Assembly (NCBI GenBank): GCA_964016885.1
Contig: OZ024744.1
Span: 88,722,001 to 88,786,000 of the forward strand
From: Eledone cirrhosa
Taxonomy: Eukaryota
Direction of reading: 5' to 3'
Length of the DNA stretch: 64,000 nucleotides
Of the stretch, positions 1-11,967 are shown piece by piece. The stretch's first letter is position 1. Each line of letters begins with the position of its first letter. The translations under genes and the position numbers were made by a program. The notes under the pieces are model-generated. The model had not been told where the DNA came from. It saw only the letters and a program-made list of their open reading frames with translations, and ran no database searches.

Positions 1-28
1 TTGTAGTAACATGTTTCGACATTCCTTA

Positions 29-75
29 TGTTCCGATGAATTCAGACTTGTCTGTGGAAGAAACAATTGTCAGCA
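29..75 (+). ncRNA. Degenerate minimal type-I hammerhead ribozyme motif at the 3' end of a Penelope-type repeat
   Basis: tgtt-CCGATGA-a-ttcagacttgtctgtggaa-GAAA-C-AATT-GTC-agca; core has U4>C, palindromic loop 3, short stem I; followed by (TA)n at ~123. Confidence 0.5.
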
Positions 76-149
76 AATAAATATTCTAAACTAAAATTTG
101 ATAGTTTTAACACTTTGTATCTATATATATATATATATATATTAGTGCT

Positions 150-320
150 TTGGAAACCATAAGTAGTCACTAATAACAGGGAGCACAACTCTCCTACCCC
201 GATGTCATCTCCAGGGATTCTGGTATTGAAATCCAGGACTTGGCAACGGCAATGAACGACAGACTCATGTGGAGATCAATTGTTGAGTTATTTCGGCTGT
301 GGCCACCGGATGATGATGAT
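150..320 (+). mobile_element. 3' terminal fragment of an RTE-like LINE
   Basis: Translates to SYPDVISRDSGIEIQDLATAMNDRLMWRSIV, the AMxDRxxWR C-terminus typical of RTE ORFs; ends in (GAT)n. Confidence 0.6.
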
Positions 321-330
321 ATATATATAG

Positions 331-527
331 GAAAAGAGTCAGGACCCCGACGCCTGAGCTCCGGCCGTCTCAACAGCTACATCCGAACTATCTGTTCGGA
401 TCTAACTGTTGAAACGGTGGCGCTCGGTCGTCGGGGTCCTGACACTTTTCATATTACCCACTCTACAACCCTTAGTATTGAGTACTCTAGTACGTTATGG
501 TCCACCTGGTATCTTACCATATCCTCT
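331..527 (+). mobile_element. Foldback mini-element family A (long hairpin plus unpaired tail) next to (TA)n
   Basis: 331-450 is an imperfect hairpin (gaaaagagtcaggacccc...ggggtcctgacacttttc); tail ccactctac...agtattgagtactct...ttatggtcca is shared with 37461-37657 and 38947-39138. Confidence 0.75.
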
Positions 528-550
528 TTGTTTTATATTGTTTTATAAAG

Positions 551-645
551 GTTAAGACACTCTTCCAGCTATATCAAGCGTTAACCTAATATATCCCGTC
601 CATATACTGTACCGATTGTGTTGTTATTTTTGTTTACCTTTTACA
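551..645 (+). repeat. 3' end fragment of the repeat family at 40650-40745
   Basis: gttaagacactcttccagctatatcaagcgttaac...accgattgtgttgttattt...gtttaccttttac matches 40649-40740; ends in (TA)n. Confidence 0.75.
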
Positions 646-803
646 TATATATATATATAATATAATATAATATAATGTATAATAAACAATACAATATAAT
701 TACCTCATTACCAGAGGTTTCCCGAATAAGACGAATCTCTCGTACTTACATAGAGCACTCTTCACTCCTATGACGTTTTCAATTTTCAACGGAAACTTCA
801 ATA

Positions 804-854
<51 letters not shown>

Positions 855-1165
855 CTTAACATTTTATAGAAAAGGGTTTCATTGGAACAAGTTTCTCGCA
901 ATTAATCATTCAATAAAAAAAAATCAATCATGCTTACAGTTCTCTAATTCTCCCAAAACTGAAAAAAAAAAAAACATTGAACTTTTGTAATAACGACGTC
1001 ATGTTTTGAAACAACTGTCATTACAACTCACGCACATTCTGTACTAGTGAACACCAATAGCCGTTTTATAATTGAAATGTCAGCAAAATTCAGTCTGTCG
1101 CATCGAGATGAAAAATAAAGAATATCTCTGTAACCGATTGGCATTTCATTACTTTATATATTTTT

Positions 1166-1207
<42 letters not shown>

Positions 1208-1629
1208 TTGTGTCATTTTTTTTTCCACTATCGAAATCTTTTGAACACCAATAAAGTTACTTTCTTGGATATTTCTATACTTTCTAAGAAGTAATTGTAA
1301 TTTTTCTTTTGTTTGTAGTTGTTGTATTTATCGGTAATTCTTTTCCAATATTTCATCTCAGTATTTTTAGGAAGACAGTTATTATAACTTTTCTTACCAT
1401 CTTATCTTAGTTTCATTAGATAGAAATAAAAAAAATTTATAAAAAAATTTATAAAAAAACTCTAAAGACTTTGCTTTTAGAGTGCTTTCCTATTAATTTA
1501 ATTAGAAAATACTTTTTTCAGAAAAATATTCTTAAGTCATTCGCAAGTAAAATATACCCTCCGTCGAAAAATAATATAATGAATAGAATAAAGTTTTAGA
1601 CTAAACTTTTAACTAAGCTTAAGTCTGAG

Positions 1630-3045
<1,416 letters not shown>

Positions 3046-3588
3046 AAAGCAATAAGAATCACGACGACAACGGGGGAGAAAAAATGAAAACAACTTCTTG
3101 CTGTTGTAACTCAAAATAAAATAATATAAAATACGATAAAATGAAATAAAATAAAATAAAATAAAATAAAATGAAATAATGTCAATAATTTTCGGTGATT
3201 TGTAAATATTTTGTCTTTGTGACATTTATTGTTGAATACAATAACTTTGAAGTGGGGGTTTATTGTTGCTGGTGTTCTTGTTATTGCTGTTGCTGTTTTT
3301 TTTTTTTCAGTATTACACTTCCTTCTCATGATGAAATCGATATATAACTTTACACGATACGACATTTTGTTTATTCTTTTTTTTTTTTTGGTGGAAGGAG
3401 GTGGGGGTGATGATGGGAGGTGTGTTAGGTAAGGATAACTTTCTATGTATTAAAACAAGTATAGAACGAAAATCAATTATGAAGTTGTTATATTTGGGGA
3501 GGGACATGTTGTCCTAAATATTGCCAGAAAATATATAGTAAAACACGCTGACTATGAGTGTGTTTTACTGTTTTTTCTGGCAATATTA

Positions 3589-3782
3589 AGGTGGATTGAC
3601 AGTATCGGCAGAGGGTCGGACACCATGCTTTGCAGCATAGAGTTACGTCCCTTGCCATTCTGAATTCAAATACCGCTGAGGTTAACTTTGCCTTTCATCC
3701 TTACGGGGGTCGATAAAATAAAGTACCAGTAATACACTGATGTAATTGCTGGCTTTGTGCCAAAAGTAGAAACAATATTAAG
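3589..3782 (+). mobile_element. tRNA-derived SINE family 1 inserted into the TIR element
   Basis: Head with A/B-box-like sequence, central gcctttcatccttacgggggtcgataaaataaagtacc domain; flanked by direct repeat caatattaag (3581-3590, 3773-3782). Confidence 0.8.
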
Positions 3783-3786
3783 ACAA

Positions 3787-5027
3787 CATGACCCTCTGCA
3801 AATATAAAAAAAAAGTCCAACACACTCATTGTGAGTGTGTTGGACTTTTATGCCGATATTTGGACAACATGACCCTTTGTAAATATAATAGTAAAACACA
3901 CTCCCTGTGAGTGTGTTTTACATGTTATTCTGGCAATATTACGACATGACCCTCTGTAAATATAACAATAGTTTAACACACTCACAGTGAGTGTGTTTTA
4001 CAAGTTATTCTGGCAATATTACGACATGACCCTCTGTAAATATAACAATAGTTTAACATACTCCCTGTCAGTGTGTTTTACTATTATTTCCGGCAATATT
4101 AAGGCAACATGACCCTCTGTAAATATAACAATAGTTTAACATACTCCCTGTCAGTGTGTTTTACTATTATTTCCGGCAATATTAAGGCAACATGACCCTC
4201 TGTAAATATAACAATAGTTTAACACACTCACTGTCAGTGTGTTTTACTATTATTTCCGGCAATATTAAGGCAACATGACCCTCTGTAAATATAACAATAG
4301 TTTAACATACTCCCTGTCAGTGTGTTTTACTATTATTTCCGGCAATATTAGGACAACATGACCCTCTGTAAATATAACAATAGTTTAACATACTCCCTGT
4401 CAGTGTGTTTTACTATTATTTCCGGCAATATTAAGACAACATGACCCTCTGTAAATATAACAATAGTTTAACACACTCACTGTCAGTGTGTTTTACTATT
4501 ATTTCCGGCAATATTAAGGCAACATGACCCTCTGTAAATATAACAATAGTTTAACACACTCACTGTCAGTGTGTTTTACTATTATTTCCGGCAATATTAG
4601 GACAACATGACCCTCTGTAAATATAACAATAGTTTAACACACTCACTGTCAGTGTGTTTTACTATTATTTCCGGCAATATTAGGACAACATGACCCTCTG
4701 TAAATATAACAATAGTTTAACATACTCCCTGTCAGTGTGTTTTACTATTATTTCCGGCAATATTAGGACAACATGACCCTCTGTAAATATAACAATAGTT
4801 TAACACACTCACTGTCAGTGTGTTTTACTATTATTTCCGGCAATATTAAGGCAACATGACCCTCTGTAAATATAACAATAGTTTAACACACTCACTGTCA
4901 GTGTGTTTTATTATTATTTCCGGCAATATTAGGACAACCTGACCCTCTGTAAATATAACAATAGCTTAACATACTCACAGTGAGTGTTTTACTGTTTTTT
5001 CCTGGCAACATTAGGACAACATGACCC
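3787..5027. repeat. 83-bp minisatellite, about 15 units, each with an internal palindrome
   Basis: catgaccctc recurs at 4108, 4191, 4274; unit contains aatagtttaacacact...agtgtgttttactatt. Confidence 0.95.
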
Positions 5028-5247
5028 CACCCCCACCCCCATCCCAATATGAAATATAACAAAATCTGTTTCAACATACGATTTCATATTTAAAAAAAGA
5101 ACCTTGCATAACATTGCCAATTATGAAGTAGATACTAAAAAGATATGACATGGACAATAATAATTACATCATTAAACTGACGAAAAAAAAATCAATAAGC
5201 CAATCAAATATTGAACGTCGTGTCCAACCACCTATGGCCCTGCACTT

Positions 5248-5435
5248 GTGGATTGGTAGTATCAGTAGAGGATCAGATGCCATGCTTTGCATCATAGAGT
5301 TGTGCCCCTTTACCGTTTGAGTTCAAATCCCACCGATATTAGCTTTGCCTTTCATCCTTACGGAGTCGATAAAATAAAGTACCAGTAATGCACTGGGGTA
5401 ATTGCTGGCCTTGTGCCAAAAGTAGAAACAGTTAT
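5248..5435 (+). mobile_element. SINE family 1
   Basis: gtggattggtagtatc...gagttcaaatccc (B box)...gcctttcatccttacggagtcgataaaataaagtacc...aaagtagaaaca. Confidence 0.8.
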
Positions 5436-5439
5436 ATAC

Positions 5440-7480
5440 ATTCTTTCTTTGCCCGAACATTTTCCCTGCTCATACCTTTTTCAGGTTATTTATTTGTATA
5501 TTTTATACTCCTGCACTATGGTGCTGATTGTATTTATGCCATTGGGTTGAGGTTTTAATATCTTTACTTTTCTCAGGTAGACTCTCCTTATTTTGTTTTT
5601 CATCAGTATGTGTCGTCAATCAATCAGATCTTTTTGGTTGGCAAATTCATCCAGTCACATTTATTGTCTTTACCTTTCTTAATCACAAGGATTCCATATT
5701 TGAAAACACCAAGCTCCATTTTTATGACATTACTAAATACTCTGTGAGACGACAAACTATTCCAGTTCAGTTCACCTTCATTCTTGTGATATATATTCAG
5801 GTGAACAGCAAATAGTTAATACATTTCTGCTCTTTTCCTAAATTATATCTGAATTTTGTCTTTCTTAATTCAAACGAAAGTAGGGTAAGATCAATGGCAA
5901 AAAATAGAGGTAGTAAGCTATCACCTTGGAAAATCTCCCAATCTATTTTGGCTTCTCTTGTTAGTTATGTTTTCTACCACGTCACGCTTAGCTTTATCAG
6001 TTCAGTAAAGTTTTTTGTCACTCTGAACATTTTGAATGTTATCAAAATCTAAGGGTGTGGTAACGTCTCATATGCCTTCTTTTAATTAATCCACTCTATT
6101 GCTAACCCAGGTTTTCTTCTTTTGCAGTTCCAGATTATCAACTGTAATTTTGTTGCTTGTGAATTCCTGCGATACATTTTCTTTTCGTTAGGATGTATAT
6201 TTTGGTCTTCTAGGTGAGCATAGATACATTCTACAAACATATTAACAGGTTTTATAGTAAAGTGAGATAAAATATTCATCTGTGGTTTGATACATCGACT
6301 CCTATCTTCTTTTCTTTCATGATTGGGTTTGATCGGCGTTTAGTTATCAATTTGAGATACAATCGTTCAAACATTTGATATGTTTGCTAGTAATTGCCTC
6401 AGAGTTATAACATTCTTCAGCCAGAACCCTTGCAGGTCATCTAGTCCTGGTTAGTTCCAATTAGATAGTTTTACAGCTTATTCCGCAATGATATCCAGAA
6501 TCATTATTATATCATTATTATATCATTATTATATCATTATTATATCATTATTATATCATTATTATATCATTATTATGGCAGTATCAGTAAATTGTCGGAC
6601 GCCATGCTTTGCAACCTAGAGTTACGGCCCTTTACGGTCTGAGTTCGAATACCGCCGAGGTTAACTTTCCCTTTCATCCTTACGAGGTCGATAAAATAAA
6701 GTACCAGTCACGCACTAGGGTCGATTTAATCGACCCCCCCCCCCCCAACCAAATTGCAGGCCTGTGCCTATATAAAAAAAAACCATTATTATATCATTAT
6801 TATATCGTTATTATATCATTATTATGGCAGTATCAGAAAAGTGTCGGACGCCATGCTTTGCAACCTAGAGTTACGGCCCTTTACAGTCTGAGTTCAAATC
6901 CCGCCGAGGTTAACTTTGCCTTTCATCCTTACGGGGTCGATAAAATAAAGTACCAGTAATTCACTCGTGTAATTGCTGGCCTTGTGCCAAAAGTAGAAAC
7001 AATTATTATATCAACCTGCTGTTTTGCTTGCCTCAGTTATTTTCCTACCTTGCCTATATACTTTACTTCCTTCTTCGTTGTGGTTAACTTTCTTGCTTTA
7101 TATATCATTCTAAAACTCTTTTCTTTTCTCAATGTCTGATACTTCATTGTTGTATCGTTCTGCTTCTTCCAGTTTCTCTTCTGACTGTTCTGTTGGAACT
7201 GTTCCATTATACTCTTGTACAGTTTTATCTCAGATTTCTATGTTGTCATTTTTTTATTCAATTCTTCAGGTATAACATTTCTTTCGTTGGTGAAAGAAAC
7301 TGTAGTTGGCTCACTGCTTGGCTTAAACTTTTTATGCTGTTCTCTATTTGTCTTTGACTGTTTTCGGTTTTCCTGCATTGTAGCTATCATCTTTGGCTGC
7401 AACCTCATTGTATATGTTATATACCTACATTAGAGTAATTAGTGATGTAGGTCCTATAAAATGGTTGAACTATTCTGGTT
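5440..7480 (-). pseudogene. Highly decayed R4/Dong-like RLE-LINE RT fragment, interrupted by two SINEs
   Basis: Minus strand retains IFQGDSL (~5917-5937) and a PGLD..GFWLK-like motif (~6415-6450); many stops. Confidence 0.6.
6577..7010 (+). mobile_element. Two tandem SINE family 1 copies (6577-6785, 6825-7010) flanked by (ATCATTATTAT)n
   Basis: Both contain ggcagtatc...gagttc(g/a)aat...tttcatccttacg.ggtcgataaaataaagtaccag. Confidence 0.85.
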
Positions 7481-7488
7481 GTGGTTCA

Positions 7489-7740
7489 TTGGCAGTATCG
7501 GTAGAGGGTCTGAAAACCCGCATAGAGTTACGCCCGAATAGACACCCGCATAGAGTTACGGCCCTTTCCATTCTGATTTCAAATCCCACCGAGGTTAACT
7601 TTGCCTTTTATCACTACGGGGGGGGGGGGGCGATAAATAAAGCTCCTGTAATGCACTGGGGTTGATTTAATCGATTTTCTCTTCCTCTAAAATTGCTGGC
7701 CTTGTGCCTATAATATAAACAATTATTATTATTATTATCA
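7489..7740 (+). mobile_element. SINE family 1 with (ATT)n tail
   Basis: Same head, central and tail sequences as the other copies. Confidence 0.75.
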
Positions 7741-7744
7741 TTTT

Positions 7745-9312
7745 TATTTTCTTTCATTATTGTTTCTGAGATATATGCAGAGTGTCTTCCTGACACCTAG
7801 GGCAAATAAATTCCCCGTGTGCATTGCTAAGTCAGTTAATACAGCACATTGATTATAATTATTAAAAAAACAGCAGTATACATATATACACATGTGCATA
7901 TGCATATATAAATACAAGGAGGGATATCAATCTTACAGAGATAGTGCTCTTCTCAATACGTGTGCAGTACCTGTCAAAACAATTGTTTGCGCCTCGTGCA
8001 GAGAGGGTAAACCAGGAATCATTCGCAGATATTGTTCTGTTCCTTTCTTGATCATTCCCAGCCCTCCCACAATCACTGGTATTGTTACGGCCTTGAGGTG
8101 CCACATTTTCTCAATTTCAATAAGCAGATCTTTACATTTTCGTAGCTTGTCAAATTCTTTTGTCGCGATATTGTGATCACATAGGATGCTCATATCTATG
8201 AACAAACAGACCTTATTATGTTGATCTTTTACAATGATGTCAGGTCTATTTGCTTTTATGTTCCTGTCAGTATGTACAGGAAAGTCCCAGAGAATTTTTA
8301 CTTTTTCTCCTTCAGTTACAGCCTCAGGGTGATGATTGTACCATTTGTCTTCAGCTTTGATTTTGTAATGCCGACATATTACCCAGTGTAGATGTTGGCC
8401 AACTCTGTCATGTCTATATTTGTATTCTACTGGTGCTAAAACTTTACATCCAGAGACTAAGTGATCCACTGTTTCAACCTCAGCATTGCAGAATCGGCAC
8501 TTTGGGTTTATTCCGTTTCTCATCACATTGGTCTGGTAATTACGAGTCAATAAGCCTTGATCTTGGGCAGCTAAGATGAAGCCTTCACTCTCCACCTTTT
8601 AGGCCTGAGCTACGTAGCCACTGATGGGTGTGCTTTTGGTCAACTTCAGCTTGTTTGCTACTGGCCACATATTTGCCATGCAGAGGTTTCTGCTCCAAAT
8701 TTGATGCTAATTGTCCTTGCCCTTTTGCTTTTGCCAGTGATTTTATGTGCCTAGCAGCAGCAGTTGCAACAGTTTCTTTAGTCTGTCCAGCCTGGGTATC
8801 AAGCATGAGATCAGTAGCATATTTTTTGCTCTCCTTCAAGATAGAATGAAGATTCTTACTTCTCTCATGCTTTTCAACAAGTTTCAGCATACAGTCGTTA
8901 GTTGTTTCAAGGTATTTGGCCAGTCCAATGATGGTGGTCTTGTAAGCAAGTTTAAATTGGATCAGGCCACGGCCTCCTTGAGTTCTAGGAAGGTAAAGAC
9001 GATCCACATCTGATTTTGGGTGGTGCATCCTATTACAGGTCAGTAGCTTACGGACTTTTGTGTCGATTCTTTTGATTTCACTCATATTCCGGTTCAACAC
9101 ACCGAAGCTATAAGTGACAACTGGGACTGTCAAGGAATTTATGGCTAGCACCTTGTTACGAGCATTTAGTTCTGATCTCAGAACTGCACGTACTCACCTG
9201 TAACATTCATTCCTTATCCTCTCTTTCATACTTGCATGATGTATGGCAGAGCCCTCATTAATCCCTAAGTATTTATAGGTTTGTTCCTGCTCGAGTTCCT
9301 TTATGATTGTTT
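7745..9312 (-). mobile_element. 5'-truncated R4/Dong-like RLE non-LTR retrotransposon (frameshifted)
   Basis: ORFs 8585-9151 and 7933-8595: RLYLPRTQGGRGL, CRFC-x-ETVDHLVSGC zinc knuckle, RHD, NRPDII, K..K..DL restriction-like endonuclease; flanked by (ATT)n. Confidence 0.9.
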
Positions 9313-9552
9313 CTTCTTCTTCTTATTATTATTATTGAATGCCATGGTTGACGGAGGCTCGGCTCTGTAAGGTATAGTAATTTTTAACCGTTAAAACAAT
9401 TGTAAATTGTTTAAAACTTGAACCAAATTGTTGATAAAGACACCCTCCTCCTCGTGAGAGGGGTCTTTCTGTCCGTTATTTGGCCCTTCGGGGTTAAATA
9501 ACCAGTTATTGGGGTTTTGTACCCAAAATTTCATTTTAAACAAAAAAACAAC

Positions 9553-11967
9553 ATGGCTACGAAAAAGAAATTTCATACGTCACTCCCACTCATTCCGTCT
9601 TCTTCCTCAATCATCACTACAGCAGAGAGAAGATTGTCTCTCTCCCTCCCTTCTTTAAATGTGTCTCTCTCCCTCCCTTCTCTTTCGCAAGCGACGAAAG
9701 AAAAGAAAAGTCTCGTGCAAAGCGTGCAAGGTTTCTCCACGACGACGACGACAGCGACGAAACAGGTGTGCGGGAAATACGAAAACCCAGTTCATTCGTC
9801 TGACGTCAGGAATAATAGCAGTAGCAGCCGTAATAACAACAGCAACAGTGACAATGAAAACAACAGTAGCAGCCGCAACAGCATCACCAGCAACATAAAC
9901 AACAACAGCATTAGCAGCAGCAACACCAACAACAACCACAGCAACAGCGGCGGAGGCAGTAGTCGTAGTACCTGCAGCAACAACAAAAGTACCAGCAGCT
10001 CTGACGACAACAACAACAGCAGAGAAAAACCAATCTCATTTGCAGGTATTGCGAAAAACTTGGAAACAATCCTCATAACAAATGAGGAATTAGAGGAAGC
10101 GAAGAAGATGGTGACAAAGAACGGACACCGAGCAATCTGCAAGGCTGCGGAAAAGTTTTTCGAGACCCAAGAGCACTGTACGGTCACGTACCGTACAGTA
10201 AGTACAAAATCCCGTAGGGTGGAAAGAGCCACAGAAGCCCAAATACAAAAAGCCTTGGGGTCTGTGTGGCAGCGGAAAACGCACATCACCCGAGGCAAAA
10301 AATATGCCACCGTAGACGTACTTTTTGCCACACCCCAGGAGGCAAAGGCCCAATCAGTAGTGACCCTAAGGAGCGAGGAAATGGTGTTGGTGCCCTCCTA
10401 CTGCGGGCAAAAAATTGTGAGGGTCAAACTGACCCACGTCCCCCCCCCCCCCCCCCCCGGAATGACCCCTTCTTGGCTGGCCGCGTCTGTCCTCGTCGGA
10501 ATCGAGGACAAAACAACTGTACTGCAAGTACAGAAAAAAGTAAGAGAAGATTGGGTCGGCTCCTCCATTGAGATGCTAATCCAAACCAACCAGGAGTGCA
10601 TCGAAGCTATCCCGGATGTGATAGACTTCGATAACGGCACTCAACTGCCCATAAGTGTTGAGGGCAAACGCCCGAAATGCTTTCGCTGTGGATCGAAGAC
10701 TCACCTCAGGGCCTTCTGCAACGAGAAGACCCTGAGAAAGGAGAAAACCCCCCTCCTTCCGAATCCGGCTCCACGGCTACCAGCAACAGGACAAGCGGCA
10801 ACCAGGAACGATAGGTCCGTGGCACCCATACCCACGCCACGGAAATCAAAAACAGCAGCAGCAGTGGAAATATTAACAACAACAACAGCAATACCAAATG
10901 CAGCTGCAACAGAGACTCCAGTGCAAACATCACCAACAACAACAAGTGAAAGAGTGGAGCTGGTACCCCTCCCCGACCTCACAGAATCAGACATGGAGTG
11001 TGAGGTGGGAGAGGGATGGCAAAAGGTCGCAAGAAGGCACAAACGCAGAAGCAGCGCATCGTCGCCTTTGAAAAGGGAGGAAAGAAATGAGAAAAGGGTA
11101 AAGTCTACTGCAAAGAGACCCACAGCAGCAACAACACCAACACCATCACCACCCACACTAGCGCCACCATCACCACCGGCGACAACCCCACCGCCAACAA
11201 CACCTTCAACACCACCACCACAAGCACCAACATCGCAAACACAACAACAAAACACACACACCCAGCAACAACGACAAGAAAATAGCAGAACCACACCCCA
11301 CCCCCAGAAAAACAAATGCACGGCAATAAATACACACAACAAGAAACTAATGACTTACATAATTGAACACACAGACATTTCACAACAGGACTACATAATA
11401 CCAGCACCAATCAAAACGCCAACTAACATAAGACTGCTAAAAATAGCACAGAAACAATACACAAATATTAAAACGAAATTCCCCAACGCAGTTGGTGATT
11501 TCAGGGACCTAGGAGGAACCATCAATCGAAGAGTATACTCAGACATTCTCTTAGAAGAGCCGACGACCAGCCGAAGGGACGATTCAACGGTCCCTTCACC
11601 AGACGATCAAGTGAAAAGGGTGGAGAAACTATCCCTCCTCTACCAAAAGTACGGTAAGTGGTCTTTCCCATCTTTTCCACTCTATTTTAAACATGACCTC
11701 ACTCAGAATAGGCAGCATAAATGCGCGTGGCTTGGGGTCGTCATGGAAGCAGGGTCACCTGCTCAACGACCTCAGGTCACTAAACATAGATGTAGTGGCC
11801 ATCAGCGAGACCAGAATCTCCGAAGCACGGGCCTTCGCACCGATCTTCGGCGGCTACGATGTGTACGCATCTCCCAGCCGTCCTGGATCCGGTGGAGGAG
11901 TTGCTGTACTTTTTCGGAGAGGTTTGGATCTCGCCATACGGGCCATCTTCCTGGACCCAGAGGGTAA
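9553..11967 (+). CDS. Tx1 ORF1 nucleic-acid-binding protein; out of frame near its end in this copy (homologous stop at 11655-11657)
   Basis: ATG MATKKKF; CFRCGSKTHLRAFC CCHC knuckle; N/S and P/T low-complexity tracts; copy 3 ends ..PKVR*. Confidence 0.8.
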   Translation: MATKKKFHTSLPLIPSSSSIITTAERRLSLSLPSLNVSLSLPSLSQATKEKKSLVQSVQGFSTTTTTATKQVCGKYENPVHSSDVRNNSSSSRNNNSNSDNENNSSSRNSITSNINNNSISSSNTNNNHSNSGGGSSRSTCSNNKSTSSSDDNNNSREKPISFAGIAKNLETILITNEELEEAKKMVTKNGHRAICKAAEKFFETQEHCTVTYRTVSTKSRRVERATEAQIQKALGSVWQRKTHITRGKKYATVDVLFATPQEAKAQSVVTLRSEEMVLVPSYCGQKIVRVKLTHVPPPPPPGMTPSWLAASVLVGIEDKTTVLQVQKKVREDWVGSSIEMLIQTNQECIEAIPDVIDFDNGTQLPISVEGKRPKCFRCGSKTHLRAFCNEKTLRKEKTPLLPNPAPRLPATGQAATRNDRSVAPIPTPRKSKTAAAVEILTTTTAIPNAAATETPVQTSPTTTSERVELVPLPDLTESDMECEVGEGWQKVARRHKRRSSASSPLKREERNEKRVKSTAKRPTAATTPTPSPPTLAPPSPPATTPPPTTPSTPPPQAPTSQTQQQNTHTQQQRQENSRTTPHPQKNKCTAINTHNKKLMTYIIEHTDISQQDYIIPAPIKTPTNIRLLKIAQKQYTNIKTKFPNAVGDFRDLGGTINRRVYSDILLEEPTTSRRDDSTVPSPDDQVKRVEKLSLLYQKYGKWSFPSFPLYFKHDLTQNRQHKCAWLGVVMEAGSPAQRPQVTKHRCSGHQRDQNLRSTGLRTDLRRLRCVRISQPSWIRWRSCCTFSERFGSRHTGHLPGPRG

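Larger units (their letters stand above)
3484..5062. mobile_element. Foldback/TIR element carrying an internal 83-bp tandem array
   Basis: Left end ttgttatatttggga..catgttgtcctaaatattgccagaaaa is the reverse complement of right end ttttcctggcaacattaggacaacatg..tcccaatatgaaatataacaa. Confidence 0.6.

Noticed and set aside
3787-5027. CRISPR-like array
   Set aside because: Whole 83-bp units repeat with no unique spacers; eukaryotic context, no cas genes
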